In this document: positions 1-10,756 of the stretch, piece by piece
How the letters are laid out: every line of letters begins with the position of its first letter
How positions within the stretch are numbered: position 1 is the first letter of the stretch
Origin: an uncultured Planctomycetaceae bacterium
GTDB lineage: Bacteria > Planctomycetota > Planctomycetia > Planctomycetales > Planctomycetaceae
Assembly: GCA_963715185.1 (NCBI GenBank)
Contig: CAVQRG010000006.1
Location: 232,603-296,602 of the forward strand
Length of the DNA: 64,000 nucleotides
Reading direction: 5' to 3'
Made by a program: the position numbers and the translations under genes
Notes under the pieces: generated by a model
What the model saw: the letters and a program-made list of their open reading frames with translations, nothing else
What the model was told of the DNA's origin: nothing
Databases searched by the model: none

Positions 1-279
1 GCGGTTCTGGTTGGGGCGTGCATTACCCGTTGTCACGCTGTTCACCGCGGTCCCACCCCTGCGGAACGTGAACATGTTGTACACGTCGTGGTAGTTGTGC
101 AGCGCCAGCCCCAGTTGCTTGAGGTTGTTCTTGCACTGCGTCCGCCGGGCCGCCTCACGCGCCTGCTGCACGGCCGGCAGCAGCAGGGCAATCAGGATGG
201 CGATAATCGCAATCACCACCAGAAGTTCGATCAGCGTAAAACCTTGCCGTTTGTGGACGCTCTTCACCGTATCAGGCAT
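1..279 (-). CDS. DUF1559 / H-X9-DG family protein with prepilin-type N-terminal cleavage-methylation signal (3' part runs off the window start)
   Basis: Reverse translation from ATG (complement of 279-277) gives [66 protein letters not shown]. This is the same N-terminus as the three other paralogs in the window. Confidence 0.85.
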   Translation of the reverse strand, partial: MPDTVKSVHKRQGFTLIELLVVIAIIAILIALLLPAVQQAREAARRTQCKNNLKQLGLALHNYHDVYNMFTFRRGGTAVNSVTTGNARPNQNR

Positions 280-832
280 CGCGCCCTCCTTTCCCGTAAA
301 CAGGGACCTGCGAACCGGGGCTCACGACGAGCCTCGAACAATCACCACTGCAGATGGCCGGCCTTGACCTTCAGCGCAGACCTTGAATCCCTGGGGTTGG
401 AAGCAGGGGCCCAGACGTCGCAGACCTGAATGCCGCTCTCCGAGGGGCGGCAAGGGCAACTCCGTCGTGTATCGGTCGACCCGTCCTGGTGTGGAAGCAG
501 CCACACGGTTCAGCAAAGCGACCTGGCACGCATCTCACTAATCATATCCGTGAGCGTGCTATGGGCGAACACATAATTATTTCAGAATTTCTGGGTGGCT
601 TTGGCGAACCGAACCAGCCGCCAGTTCCGAGGTCCCCGACGGACGCTCAGAACCGGCTCCACGTCTCCCCTCTCCTCCGTCGCTTCCGGCCGATCGATCA
701 TTGCCGATCACCAGCATTGATCCGCGACTGCTAATGCAGAACGCCCCGCGGGGCCAGGAGCCTCGCGGGGCGTGTCGATCGTCAACAGGTGGCCACCGGC
801 GCGAAAGCCGGCTGCCGCTCAGCAGTCAGAGT

Positions 833-1927
833 TTAGAACTCACCCACAACCTCGCCGGCATTCTTGGTCCCCAACGCTCCCCACACGCCGAACGGACTGG
901 GACTGGAAGCCCCTTGCGCCGGAGCCGTGGCCGAGAGGTTCCCTGAGTCGATGTTCTCGCTCACAAAGCGGACGGCACCGTCAGCCATCAGGCAGTGGAC
1001 GCCCCCAACATGCAGACTGGTGGGGGGGAGCACCGCGTGCTGCGAGTCGGCGTTATAATTGGCCCCCTGTGCACAGGCCGGTCCGTTCGGCGGAATGATC
1101 GTTGTAAACCCGCACCGCTCCGCCTGACCGTCCCACAAGGAGCTGCCATGCTTGGCCTTCACGATCGCCGTGGGGGACCAGTTCGCTCCACTCACGTAGG
1201 TCAGACATTGGCCCGGGTTCGTGCCGTTGTTCAGCCCCGTGGCATTCAGGGCGATCCCTTCCACCACGCGCAGCGATGAGGGGGCCGTCGGAGGATTGTT
1301 CGGGTTGCCGAAATCAGCCCGCACGTGCTCGCTCATCGCGATCGTGTTGCTCGTGCCGTCGAGAATGTCGCCGATCTTCGTGCAGCGTTGATAGCCGAAG
1401 ATCCCGCGAACGGCCTGCGAGTCGCGCGGGTTGCGAGACGAGTCACCGATGCAGAACACGTAACTGTTGCTACGCTGTGTGTTGGCACGCAGACCATCCG
1501 ACGGACAGAGGAAGCCGGGAATCGTCACATTCCAGCCGGCCCAGCCGGCCCAGCCCTCGGGACCACCCGGGGGCGGATTGTTGTTGTTCCCACCCGCCTG
1601 GATCTGGTTGTAGAGCGGTGCCTGGTCGATGTACGGCAGCAGTCCCTTGAAGCCGCTCAGGCGGTTGGCGTTGCCGCGCTGGTTGCCCGCCGCGCCCGCA
1701 TTGTTCGTCCCCCCCTTGCGGAACGTGAACGCACCGAACACGTCGTGGTAGTTGTGGAGGGCCAGTCCCAGTTGCTTCAGGTTGTTCTTGCACTGTGTCC
1801 GCCGGGCCGCCTCGCGCGCCTGCTGCACGGCCGGCAGCAGCAGGGCAATCAAGATGGCGATAATCGCAATCACCACCAGCAGTTCGATGAGCGTGAACCC
1901 GCGCCGGAATCGTGTCGGTCTGTTCAT
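833..1927 (-). CDS. DUF1559 / H-X9-DG domain protein with prepilin-type N-terminal signal
   Basis: ORF 833..2065. The best start is the internal ATG at 1927, giving [62 protein letters not shown]. The C-terminus [23 protein letters not shown] fits H-x9-DG. Confidence 0.9.
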   Translation of the reverse strand: MNRPTRFRRGFTLIELLVVIAIIAILIALLLPAVQQAREAARRTQCKNNLKQLGLALHNYHDVFGAFTFRKGGTNNAGAAGNQRGNANRLSGFKGLLPYIDQAPLYNQIQAGGNNNNPPPGGPEGWAGWAGWNVTIPGFLCPSDGLRANTQRSNSYVFCIGDSSRNPRDSQAVRGIFGYQRCTKIGDILDGTSNTIAMSEHVRADFGNPNNPPTAPSSLRVVEGIALNATGLNNGTNPGQCLTYVSGANWSPTAIVKAKHGSSLWDGQAERCGFTTIIPPNGPACAQGANYNADSQHAVLPPTSLHVGGVHCLMADGAVRFVSENIDSGNLSATAPAQGASSPSPFGVWGALGTKNAGEVVGEF

Positions 1928-2296
1928 TCTTCCTCCAGTTAACCAAGAAATTGGGGGCGAAGTTGCCCGGGACCACCAGAACACAGTTACGAAGATTGAT
2001 GCATCCAGAGGTCTACGCGTATTGATGAAACAAAAAACCGCAAACTTTTCGCCGCTGCACCCCAACTCTCTTCCGGAGGACGGGCGACGACCAGATTGCG
2101 CATCATCTTCGTAGCTTTAAAGTAGAAGCGTTCTGAGCGGATGGCAAGTGTTCGCTGGCAACAGAAATGGTCGCACGCTAACATTTGTGTTGGGCCCCAG
2201 TCATCCTTCCCGGCAGGCTGGCAGGGCAGTTCCGAACGCAAGTTCCGTTCCCATCAGTCTTTTTGAATCCAAACTGCCTCACAGGGGTGTCTGAAG

Positions 2297-2803
2297 ATGA
2301 GAAATTTCCTGACCTCGAAAATTGATGCGATTTCTGGCCGGATCGCCTGGGCGCTGGTCCTGACGACGGCCGTTGCCTGCACAGGCTGTGGCGGCAGCGG
2401 TGGCGGCGACGACAATCGGCCCGACCGCACCCAGATCTCGGGCGTCGTCACGCTGGATGGGGCCCCCGTCGAGGGCGCGCTCATCACATTCCATCCAATG
2501 GATCCCGCCGGCAGCGGGGCCAACGGCCGTTCCGGAGCGGCGGGAGAGTTCGTGATGGGGACGTTTTCCGGTGACGATGGCGTCATCCCCGGGAGCTATC
2601 AGGTGACCATTTCCAAAATCACCTATCCGGGTGGGTCCGCCCAGGTGGGGGAGGACGATCCGAACTACGATCCCAACGCACCGGAGCCGAAGCCCGTCAA
2701 TGCCCTGCCCGAGAAGTTCAACGGCACGGCCACTTCGGGACTGAAAGCCGATGTCACCACCAGCGCCGTGACGGACCTGAAGTTCGACCTGACCTCCAAG
2801 TGA
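2297..2803 (+). CDS. small lipoprotein with carboxypeptidase-regulatory-like (CarboxypepD_reg) beta-sandwich
   Basis: 168 aa. Signal peptide plus lipobox-like ...LTTAVACTGCGGSGGGDD, then ISGVVTLDGAPVEGALITFHP, typical of the small lipoproteins found next to DUF1559 genes in planctomycetes. Confidence 0.7.
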   Translation: MRNFLTSKIDAISGRIAWALVLTTAVACTGCGGSGGGDDNRPDRTQISGVVTLDGAPVEGALITFHPMDPAGSGANGRSGAAGEFVMGTFSGDDGVIPGSYQVTISKITYPGGSAQVGEDDPNYDPNAPEPKPVNALPEKFNGTATSGLKADVTTSAVTDLKFDLTSK

Positions 2804-2825
2804 TTCCGCGGGCGGAGGCCGGGCG

Positions 2826-5792
2826 TCAGTCGCTTTCAATCGGCAACGGACGGGCGGCATCCTCGACAAGGATGTACGCCCGGCCCGGTGCCAGCGACGT
2901 CCAGGTTCCGGTCGCCCCAACCGGCCACCGGATGGTAATGTCGGCAGGCCCGGCCAAGCCGCCGATCAGGATCATCCGCCCGTTCGACGACTGATAGCCA
3001 TCTCCGGCGGCGACGGTTCGGACCTGTTCATTGTCTGCTGCCCGCACCGCAACCTGCGCACCGATCGCGTCGCGGGCCCCCGTGCGTCCGACCAGCCGCA
3101 GACCGATCCACCCACCCTCGGACGTGGTCCTGTTCGTCACCAGTGCTGCCGGGTCATCCAGATTGCTGACCGCAAAGTCCGGTCGCCCATCCCGGTTCCA
3201 GTCGAGCGTGGCCAGTCCCCGGCCACGGGACACATTTTCGCGGGCAAAGTAGTCGTCCGGGGTCCCGGCGTGCTGCAGCAGAAAGGTCCCGTCGCGATTC
3301 TCGAACAGTTGTGAGGGCATGCGGAGGGCTCGGTTCTCATGCGAGAAATCGTCCAGGTCACCATTGGTCACGACGATGTCCAGGTCTCCATCATGGTCGG
3401 CATCGAGCGGTTGTGTGCCGAACCCGAGCAGCGGCAGGCTTGGACGACTCAATCCGCGTGTGGCCGCCTCATCCTTGAACAACCCGCCCCCCTGACTGAC
3501 GTAGCAGGCATTCGGCTCGTTGGCGAAGTTCGTCACCAGCAGGTCGCTGCGGCCATCGCCATTGAAGTCCGCGACGGCGACTCCCATGCAGGCCTGTGGT
3601 GCGCCATCGGCCCCAAACGCGAGTCCAGCCGTCAGGGCCCGATCGACGAATCGCGGGTTTTCCCCCGGCTCCGCCTCGTTGTCGAAAAGGTTGTTCGCCA
3701 CCATGTCGTTGGCGATGAACAATTCGAGCGCGGGATCGTCATCAAAATTGGCCGCCACAATCCCCAGCCCTCTGCCGGCGGGCAGCGCAATCCCGGAATC
3801 TGTAGAGACATCCACGAACGTCCCGTCCGCCGAGTTGAGCAGCAGACGGTCGGGGCGACCGGTAAACGCCAGGGGTGAGCAGGCGCGGGGGCCTGCGTCG
3901 GTTCGGCAGATCAGCGACTCGATCCCCGGGCCCCAGACGTAGTTGACGTCGTACAGGTCGGGCCAGCCGTCACCGTTCACGTCGGCCATCGCACAGCTCG
4001 TTGTCCAGGTTGCGCCGCTCTCCGGCTCGGGGAGCGGCACTTCGACGAAGGTGCCATCGCCGTTGTTGCGAAACAGACGGTTGCCGCCGATGTTCGCGAC
4101 GTAGAGATCCGGGAACCCGTCGTTGTCGAAGTCACCGGCCGAGACCCCCTGGCTGAAGTTCGGCTCCGAGAGGCAACTGCCGTTGGTAACGTTATCGAAC
4201 GCCATCCCCCGACGGTTGCGGAAGAGCTGGTCCTGGAACTCGTCACCCGCCGAGCCGATGGGGAGTCGCGTCCCCTGTGTGAAGTACAGGTCCGGCCAGC
4301 CATCCTGATCGAAGTCGAGCGCGGCCACTCCTCCACCGGTCCACTCGAACATCCGCCGGCCTTCCGTCGACTCATCGGGACTCTCGAAGTAGCGAAAGTC
4401 GAGGCCGACATCCGCCGCGACATCTTCGAACCGGAAGCGGCTTTCGGCGTCCGCCAGGGCCGGCGCCGGTCGCTGCAGGCCGCCCGGTAATCCGTAAGCA
4501 GCAAGATCGGGCCACCGCGGGTCCCCGGTACAGAGGCCCGCGACAACGGCTTGCGCTGCCGCCCGCTGCTCCGGGGCAGTCGGCTGTTCCAGGAGCGTCG
4601 CGGGGTCGGCCCCCTGACTGACGGCCAACAGACGCCACCCTTCTGCCTCGACAGCGCGGTCCAGCGACGACATCAGTTCCGCCAGGCTCTGGCAGGCAGC
4701 GAGGCTGGGGCGTTGGGGATTGATGTTCGAGGTGACCGAGTCGACGCGGGCGAGCAACTCGGCCCGCCTCGCGAGTGGGGCTGCCTGATCGGTCTCCCCC
4801 GCCGCGACGAGACTTCTCGCGAGCCCATGCAGGGCGGGCAGGTGATCGTTGTCGAGCTGCAACGCCCGGGCCCAGCAGGTCTGTGCCGCCGAGACATCCC
4901 CGGCCCTGTCAGCGAGCACGCCATGCACATACCAGATGTCGGGCTGAAGAGCCGCGTCGGTCGGGAGCCCTCGCTGCCACGACGTCCAATCGGCGGCGTC
5001 GGTCTGCAGGAGGGCCAACCCCTGCTGGGCGGCCAGGGTGGCGGACTGACGGTCCAGGTCCCGGGCTTCCTCGAGCAAGGCGAGCGACTCGGTTGCCTGA
5101 CCACGTGCAAGTCCCAAAGCTGCCAGCCCTTCGAGGGGGGCGGCATCCGCCGGAGAGGCGGCACGGCACCCGTTCAGAAGATCGTCCACGTTGAGCACAT
5201 GGGCGGAGGACGCCAGCCAGCACAGATGCTCCGGACGCCACGCACCCGTCTCAATGAGCGCCACCAGGTGGGGCTGGGCCGCCCGGGGACGACCGACGAT
5301 GCGCAGCAGCAGACCAAGACGATCGCGGGCGACCGGGATCTCCGGGCTCAACCGGACAGCACGCTCGAAGGCTGCGATCGCCGCCGAGAGTTCACCCCGC
5401 GAACGTTGAATCTCCCCCGTCGCCACGCGTGCCACGGCCGCGTTCGGATCCGCGTCATCGATCGCCTCATACTGGTCGAGAGCACGCTCGAACTCGGCGA
5501 GGCGCGACGCCGCCTCGGCGGCAATCAGCCGCAAGTCGGAATCGTGCGGCTGCGTGACCAGTCTCTGCAGCGCAGCGCTCTCGGCCCCAGCGAAGTCCCC
5601 CGCCTGCAGGAGCTGGGCCGGGTCAGCCTCGGCGGCCGCGGGTGCTTCGACTGCACCTCGCTGCCAGGGGAACGCCCACACCAGCGCCACCAGCAGCAGC
5701 ACGCCGGCCAGAAGTAGAAGTCGATAGGGCACTGCGGATGCGGGCTCCGGCGAACGATTCGAGGGAAAGCTGCAGGATAGCCTTTCGCGCAC
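2826..5792 (-). CDS. TPR + FG-GAP/VCBS repeat + ASPIC/UnbV protein (CRTAC1-like)
   Basis: 988 aa ORF with GTG start. It has an N-terminal TM segment and Ala/Leu-rich TPR-like repeats. Repeated Ca-binding loops follow: DFDNDGFPDLYVAN, DVNGDGWPDLY, DFNGDGRSDLLVTN, DADHDGDLDIVVTNG, DWNRDGRPDFAVSN. The C-terminus GAQVAVRAADNEQVRTVAAGDGYQSSNGRMILIGG is ASPIC/UnbV-like. Confidence 0.85.
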   Translation of the reverse strand: MRERLSCSFPSNRSPEPASAVPYRLLLLAGVLLLVALVWAFPWQRGAVEAPAAAEADPAQLLQAGDFAGAESAALQRLVTQPHDSDLRLIAAEAASRLAEFERALDQYEAIDDADPNAAVARVATGEIQRSRGELSAAIAAFERAVRLSPEIPVARDRLGLLLRIVGRPRAAQPHLVALIETGAWRPEHLCWLASSAHVLNVDDLLNGCRAASPADAAPLEGLAALGLARGQATESLALLEEARDLDRQSATLAAQQGLALLQTDAADWTSWQRGLPTDAALQPDIWYVHGVLADRAGDVSAAQTCWARALQLDNDHLPALHGLARSLVAAGETDQAAPLARRAELLARVDSVTSNINPQRPSLAACQSLAELMSSLDRAVEAEGWRLLAVSQGADPATLLEQPTAPEQRAAAQAVVAGLCTGDPRWPDLAAYGLPGGLQRPAPALADAESRFRFEDVAADVGLDFRYFESPDESTEGRRMFEWTGGGVAALDFDQDGWPDLYFTQGTRLPIGSAGDEFQDQLFRNRRGMAFDNVTNGSCLSEPNFSQGVSAGDFDNDGFPDLYVANIGGNRLFRNNGDGTFVEVPLPEPESGATWTTSCAMADVNGDGWPDLYDVNYVWGPGIESLICRTDAGPRACSPLAFTGRPDRLLLNSADGTFVDVSTDSGIALPAGRGLGIVAANFDDDPALELFIANDMVANNLFDNEAEPGENPRFVDRALTAGLAFGADGAPQACMGVAVADFNGDGRSDLLVTNFANEPNACYVSQGGGLFKDEAATRGLSRPSLPLLGFGTQPLDADHDGDLDIVVTNGDLDDFSHENRALRMPSQLFENRDGTFLLQHAGTPDDYFARENVSRGRGLATLDWNRDGRPDFAVSNLDDPAALVTNRTTSEGGWIGLRLVGRTGARDAIGAQVAVRAADNEQVRTVAAGDGYQSSNGRMILIGGLAGPADITIRWPVGATGTWTSLAPGRAYILVEDAARPLPIESD

Positions 5793-5948
5793 TGTTCGTC
5801 ACACACGGCCTCCCTGCGGCATCAGCGAGTCGTCCGGCGAAACAGAAGCCACTCCAAGTTCGGGCTGCCCGCCGCGGCCTGAGGCGATAGACTGAATGGC
5901 CGGCCGACCACACAACTTCCCAACTCAGCGACGATCGACGTCACCCGC

Positions 5949-7968
5949 ATGGCCTCGTCTCCAACACATCCTGCCTCGCGCGAACCGGCAACCGTCCGAA
6001 AGCGCCGGGCACAACCGCGCCCGCTGGCCCTCAAGCTGCTGTACACACTGCTGGCCGTGGCGGTGTTCTTTGCGCTGCTCGAGGGTCTGCTGGCGATCTG
6101 CGGCGTCCGCGCATCAGCCGATCGCGCAGATCCGCTCGTCGGTTTCGCCGGGGGTCGCCCCCTGTTCGTCGAAGAGCCGGCTCCCGACGGCACCGTCGAC
6201 CTCGTAACGGCGGAGCCGAAACTCACCTGGTTTAACGCCCAGCGATTTCCGCGAGAGAAACCCCCGCAGACAAAGCGCATCTTCTGCCTCGGGGGATCGA
6301 CGACCTATGGACGCCCGTACGACGATGCCACGTCGTTCTGTGGCTGGCTGAGGGCTTTCCTCCCCGTGGCCGATCCCACACGTCGCTGGGAGGTGATCAA
6401 CGCCGGGGGCATCAGCTACGCGAGCTATCGGGTCGCGCGGCGTGATGGCCGAGCTGGCCGAATACTCGCCCGACCTGTTCATCATCTACTCTGGACACAA
6501 CGAGTTTCTGGAGCAGCGGACCTACACGATGCTGGCCGGGTCGTCCGAGGCGACCCGCCAGACGATCGGCTGGCTGAGTCAACTGCGGACGTTCGCCGCA
6601 CTGCGCTCGGTCGTGCGACCGGACCAGCCCACGCAATCCGCGCCCCCCCGGCAGAACGTGCTGCCCGCCGAGGTAGAGACACTGCTCGACAGTTCGGTTG
6701 GTCTGGATGCCTATCATCGCGACCGCGACTGGGAGCGCGGGGTGGCGGCGGACTACCGGCGACATCTCGAACGCATGCTGGACGTGGCGGAGGCGAGCGG
6801 CGTGCCCGCGATCCTGGTGGTGCCCGCATCTCAACTGCGCGACTGCAGTCCGTTCAAGAGCGAGCATGCCCCCGACCTGACCGAACCAGCGTTAACGGCA
6901 TTTCGCACGGCCTACGAGAGCGCGCTGGCAGCACAACAGCAGGGAGACCTGCCGGACGCCCTCGCGCACGTGGAGGCGGCTTTGGCGATTGATCCGCAGT
7001 ACGCCCATGCCCAGTATCTGCGCGGGACGCTGCTGTGGGAGTTGCAGCGACCGGAGGAGGCGCGAGCCGCCTTCATTCGGGCCCGCGATGAGGACATCTG
7101 TCCGCTGCGTGCGACGACCGGGATGTGTGACATCGTCCGTGAAGTCGCCCGGGCGAGACATGTCCCACTGGTGGACTTTGTCGCGCTCACACAGTCCCTT
7201 GCCGAATCCGGCGTCCCGGGGGCCGACCTGTTTCTCGACCACGTTCATCCGACCATCGAGGGGCATCGCCAGTTGGCGCTGCAACTGGTCGACAAGCTCT
7301 CGAATATCGGCGCCCTCACCCCCAGCCCCAACTGGGACGCAGCAGCCGTCGCACGTGTTACTGCAGAGGTGGAGAGCCGGATTGATCCGGAGGCCCACGC
7401 CCGGGCCCTCCTCAATCTGTCGAAGGTCCTCAGTTGGGCAGGCAAGTATGCGGAGGCAGATCGGCTGGCTCTCCAGGCTGGCGAACTGCTGCAGAGCGAC
7501 GCGGAGGCCCTCTACCAGGCCGCCGGGGCGAAGTACCGTGCAGGGGACCTGCCGGGCGCCCTGCGACTTTTCGAACAGGCGGCTGAGGTCGATCCCACAT
7601 CGGGCCCTGCCCACTACGGTGTCGGGCTGGTGCTGGCCGAAACCGGTCGACTCGACGAGGCACTGTCCGCCTATGCACGGGCAGCGCAACTCAGGCCGCA
7701 ACAACTGGAGATCCGCTTCAACTACGGCAACGCACTGAGTGACGCGGGTGACTTTTCGGACGCCGAACGGGAATATCGTGCCGCCATCCGCATCCAGCCG
7801 GACTTTGCCCCGTCGCACAACGGCCTGGGCATCGCGTTGGTGCAACAAGGCAAACTGCCGGAAGCGATCGCAGCTTTCCAGCGCGGCGTCGCGCTCGATC
7901 CCGGAGATGTCGAGACCCGCTCCAACCTGGCCAGGGCCGAGGCCCTGGCCAGCGAACGATCGCAATAG
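5949..7968 (+). pseudogene. SGNH/GDSL-type hydrolase fused to C-terminal TPR repeats, one frameshift near 6441
   Basis: ORF 5949.. gives ...KRIFCLGGSTTYGRPYDD...VINAGGISYASYRVAR. The sense continues in ORF 6442..7968 as VMAELAEYSPDLFIIYSGHNEFLEQ..., followed by TPRs. One extra nucleotide sits between the two frames. Confidence 0.8.
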
Positions 7969-7990
7969 TCCAGCCGTCCGGGCGGGCGAG

Positions 7991-8407
7991 CTAGTTGCTG
8001 CCCGTGGGCAACTTTGCAGCAAGCGCTTCCATCTGCGCAATCATGCCGCCGATCTCCTTGGCGCTGGCGCTGCCTGCCTTGGCTTGCAGCTCACCGAGAA
8101 GGTCTTCGATCTGTTGCGCGGTCGCCTGATCTTCTTCAGAAAGCTTCGACATGTCCCGGGATGCCGTGTCTTCCGTGATCGTGGTCAGTTCGCCACTCAG
8201 GGCCGATGTTCCCCCCTCGCCGGCGAGTGTTTGCTTGAGCACCGAAATCATCGACCGGTAACCATCGGCCACGCCCACATCAGCCGGGCGATCGAGATTG
8301 AACCGGGATAACTCCTGCTCATCCGCGCTCCCGCATCCCACAATCAGCAGCAGGGACAACAGCCCACAGGTTGTTAATGTACGCATTCTCATGGTGACGG
8401 TTCTCAC
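7991..8407 (-). CDS. small coiled-coil lipoprotein, paralog of 10216..10611
   Basis: 138 aa with lipobox LLLIVGCGS. It shares with the paralog the motifs SALSEE(D/A)QATA(Q/A)QI, LL(G/A)..QAKAG and Q(M/L)..LA..LP. It lies immediately downstream of a DUF1559 gene. Confidence 0.75.
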   Translation of the reverse strand: MRTVTMRMRTLTTCGLLSLLLIVGCGSADEQELSRFNLDRPADVGVADGYRSMISVLKQTLAGEGGTSALSGELTTITEDTASRDMSKLSEEDQATAQQIEDLLGELQAKAGSASAKEIGGMIAQMEALAAKLPTGSN

Positions 8408-8505
8408 GTTCCTGGTCGGCAGAGCTCAACAATGAACGACGCTGGCCCCGGGCTCCGCACGAGACCCCGGGACCATGGCGCCGTTCAGCCAATTCCGGGG
8501 GCAGG

Positions 8506-9605
8506 TCAGAATTCCCCGATCGTTTCATTGCCCTGGATCGTCAGCAGTGCACGATACTGCGGGCGGTCGATGTTCTCGCCGATGAACCGGACGGCCCCGT
8601 CGCAGAGCAACATCTGGACACCACCCTCATGGCGGCTGCGGGCGGCAACGCCCCCCTTGCCATCGTTAGTCTCGTCGAGACAACGAAGGTCCCTGTCGCC
8701 GGCACTTCCACCGCAGAATGCAGGGGAGTCGGCCCACGCCGTGCGATTCCCCGCGTTGTCCTCGGCTGGAGCATTGGGAGTGGCGATCCCGTCCGGGCCA
8801 TCCTCCGGACGCCAGGGCGCACCTCCTTGCCCTCCCGTGTAGGCACTGAAGATCGCGCCGTGGGCGAGTCCCCAGCAACCGCGGCAGTCACCGTTACTCG
8901 TATTCTCGTGCAGGATTTCACCAATGGCGACCGTATTGCTGGTGCCGTCCAGCACGTCGCGAATGCCGGCGCCCCAGCGACGGTTGCCCGTTCCGCGGCT
9001 CCCGAAGACACCGAGGTTCTTCGAGCGGGCCCAGTTTGCGGTGCCATCGATGCCGTTCTGCCCGGTGTTTTCGTTGGCGTACGCCCCACCGTAGTTGGCC
9101 CCGTAGTTTCCGCGCACGTAAACCGAACGCTGGCCATTGCTCTGTGGGGGAGGTTCAGCACCGCCGTTCCCCTGCACGAGCTGCGCTGCAAATCGCTGGG
9201 ACACATGAAGACCGCCAGAATCGCCCCGGTCACCTGCGGCTGATCCCGACTGGCACGATTGGAATCCCACAGATTGTACAGCGGGGCCTGATCTAAGTTG
9301 GGCAACAGCGAGATGGCCCACGTGGTGCTCCAGTCGGAGGCACGAAACTGCGGATCCGTGCCACAGTTGTCGTTCCAGCTCGGGCCGCCGTTGCATGCAG
9401 CCCCCAGCGGGAACTGATTGAAGACGTCGTGGTAGTTGTGCAGCGCCAGGCCGAGTTGCTTGAGGTTGTTCTTGCACTGCGTCCGACGTGCGGCCTCGCG
9501 CGCCTGCTGCACGGCCGGCAGCAGCAGGGCAATCAGGATCGCGATGATCGCAATCACCACCAGCAATTCAATCAGCGTGAATGCACGTCGCGTTAAGTTC
9601 TTCAT
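8506..9605 (-). pseudogene. DUF1559 / H-X9-DG protein with prepilin-type signal, frameshift near 9185-9200
   Basis: ORF 8541..9605 has the N-terminus [17 protein letters not shown]...[16 protein letters not shown] and then loses sense. ORF 8506..9477 carries the conserved C-terminal two thirds (...[25 protein letters not shown]...[24 protein letters not shown]...GEF). That part is collinear with the intact paralog 10757..11875. Confidence 0.85.
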
Positions 9606-9777
9606 GGACTTCCTCTAATGCGAATGAATGTGCCGCGAATGCCCTTGACCAATCGAGATGTCGGCACCTACCAATATGGCGGGCCTTGCCCGGTCCAACA
9701 ATCAGCTTCTCACGCAATCTTCGCATACCCGAAATAGCCTTTAGCTATTCCTGAGAAGCCCTGCTGAAAGACTGATC

Positions 9778-10131
9778 GTGAGATACTCCGGGAGCGCAGC
9801 CGAATTCGCCTCACCGGTCGACGAGGCGATTGGCGAATATCGTTGCGCCGTGGAACTGCTTCCTGAGCAGTTCGACATTCACTTCAATCTTGCGCTGGCC
9901 CTGGAACGCACGGGGCAACCTCAGGAGGCCGAGGTGCACTACCGGCCCTGCACCTCGCTGATCCCGGGCTACGCCCCTGCCTGGAACGGACTTGGCGTGA
10001 CGCTTGCGATGCAGAATCGCCTCGAGGAAGCCATCCTTCAGTTTGAACAAGCAGTGAAGATCGACCCCGGGTTTCAGGAGGCGCGAGACAACCTGCAGCA
10101 GGCCAGAAGGATCACAGGGTCGAACCAGTAG
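9778..10131 (+). CDS. short TPR-repeat protein
   Basis: 117 aa with GTG start. About three TPR units (HFNLALALERTGQPQEAEVHY, APAWNGLGVTLAMQNRLEEAILQFEQAVKIDP) resemble the C-terminal TPRs of 5949..7968. Confidence 0.55.
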   Translation: MRYSGSAAEFASPVDEAIGEYRCAVELLPEQFDIHFNLALALERTGQPQEAEVHYRPCTSLIPGYAPAWNGLGVTLAMQNRLEEAILQFEQAVKIDPGFQEARDNLQQARRITGSNQ

Positions 10132-10215
10132 TTCTCGTGCGATCAACGACAATGCCCGCTCCTGCTGGAACGGGCATTGCGCAAACGGTGAGGTTGGTGT
10201 TCAGCGACCGATGGG

Positions 10216-10611
10216 CTATTGCGGCAGCTGGTCGGCCAGATCGGTCATCTGCTGTAGAAGCTCCTGGGCCTCTTTCTGCTGTCCTGCCTGAGCCTTCGCG
10301 AGGAGGTCCGCGGTCAGCGCCTTGATCTGGGCGGCTGTCGCCTGCGCTTCTTCGGACAACGCGGAGGTATCGGTGCTCTCCATGTTCTCCGCCGCGGACT
10401 CGGCCTCATTCCTCAACCCGGCCATCCCTTCGCTGGCCATAGCCGACTTGAGATTCGCCACCTCGGCACGGATGCCGTTCGAGATCGCGACTTCGACATC
10501 TTGATTGACCTGGAAGCGTTCCTGGTTTTCCACCGACTCGCCCCCGCCACACCCCGTGCAGACCAGAGCCAGCGGCAGCGTTGCACGCATCAGAAGCTGT
10601 GTCACTCGCAT
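10216..10611 (-). CDS. small coiled-coil lipoprotein, paralog of 7991..8407
   Basis: Start chosen at the internal ATG 10611, giving MRVTQLLMRATLPLALVCTGCGGGES (lipobox). It lies downstream of DUF1559 gene 10757..11875. Confidence 0.75.
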   Translation of the reverse strand: MRVTQLLMRATLPLALVCTGCGGGESVENQERFQVNQDVEVAISNGIRAEVANLKSAMASEGMAGLRNEAESAAENMESTDTSALSEEAQATAAQIKALTADLLAKAQAGQQKEAQELLQQMTDLADQLPQ

Positions 10612-10756
10612 CGTGTTTACGGCGTCCTTCTTGCATTTTGAAAGAGGAATGAATCTGATCGAGTCAGGATGACGGCGCATCCGACCCTGCCAACGACCAA
10701 CCCCGGAATTCCAAGCGAATTCCGGGGCGGTCCCCGTCTTCAGGCGACTGAAAGAA

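Noticed and set aside
4551-5717. 388-aa plus-strand ORF, and similar long ORFs at 3339..3878 and 3977..4546
   Set aside because: They lie antisense to or overlapping the 988-aa CRTAC1-like gene and are Arg/Gly/Pro-rich with no motifs. These are typical shadow ORFs of high-GC DNA.
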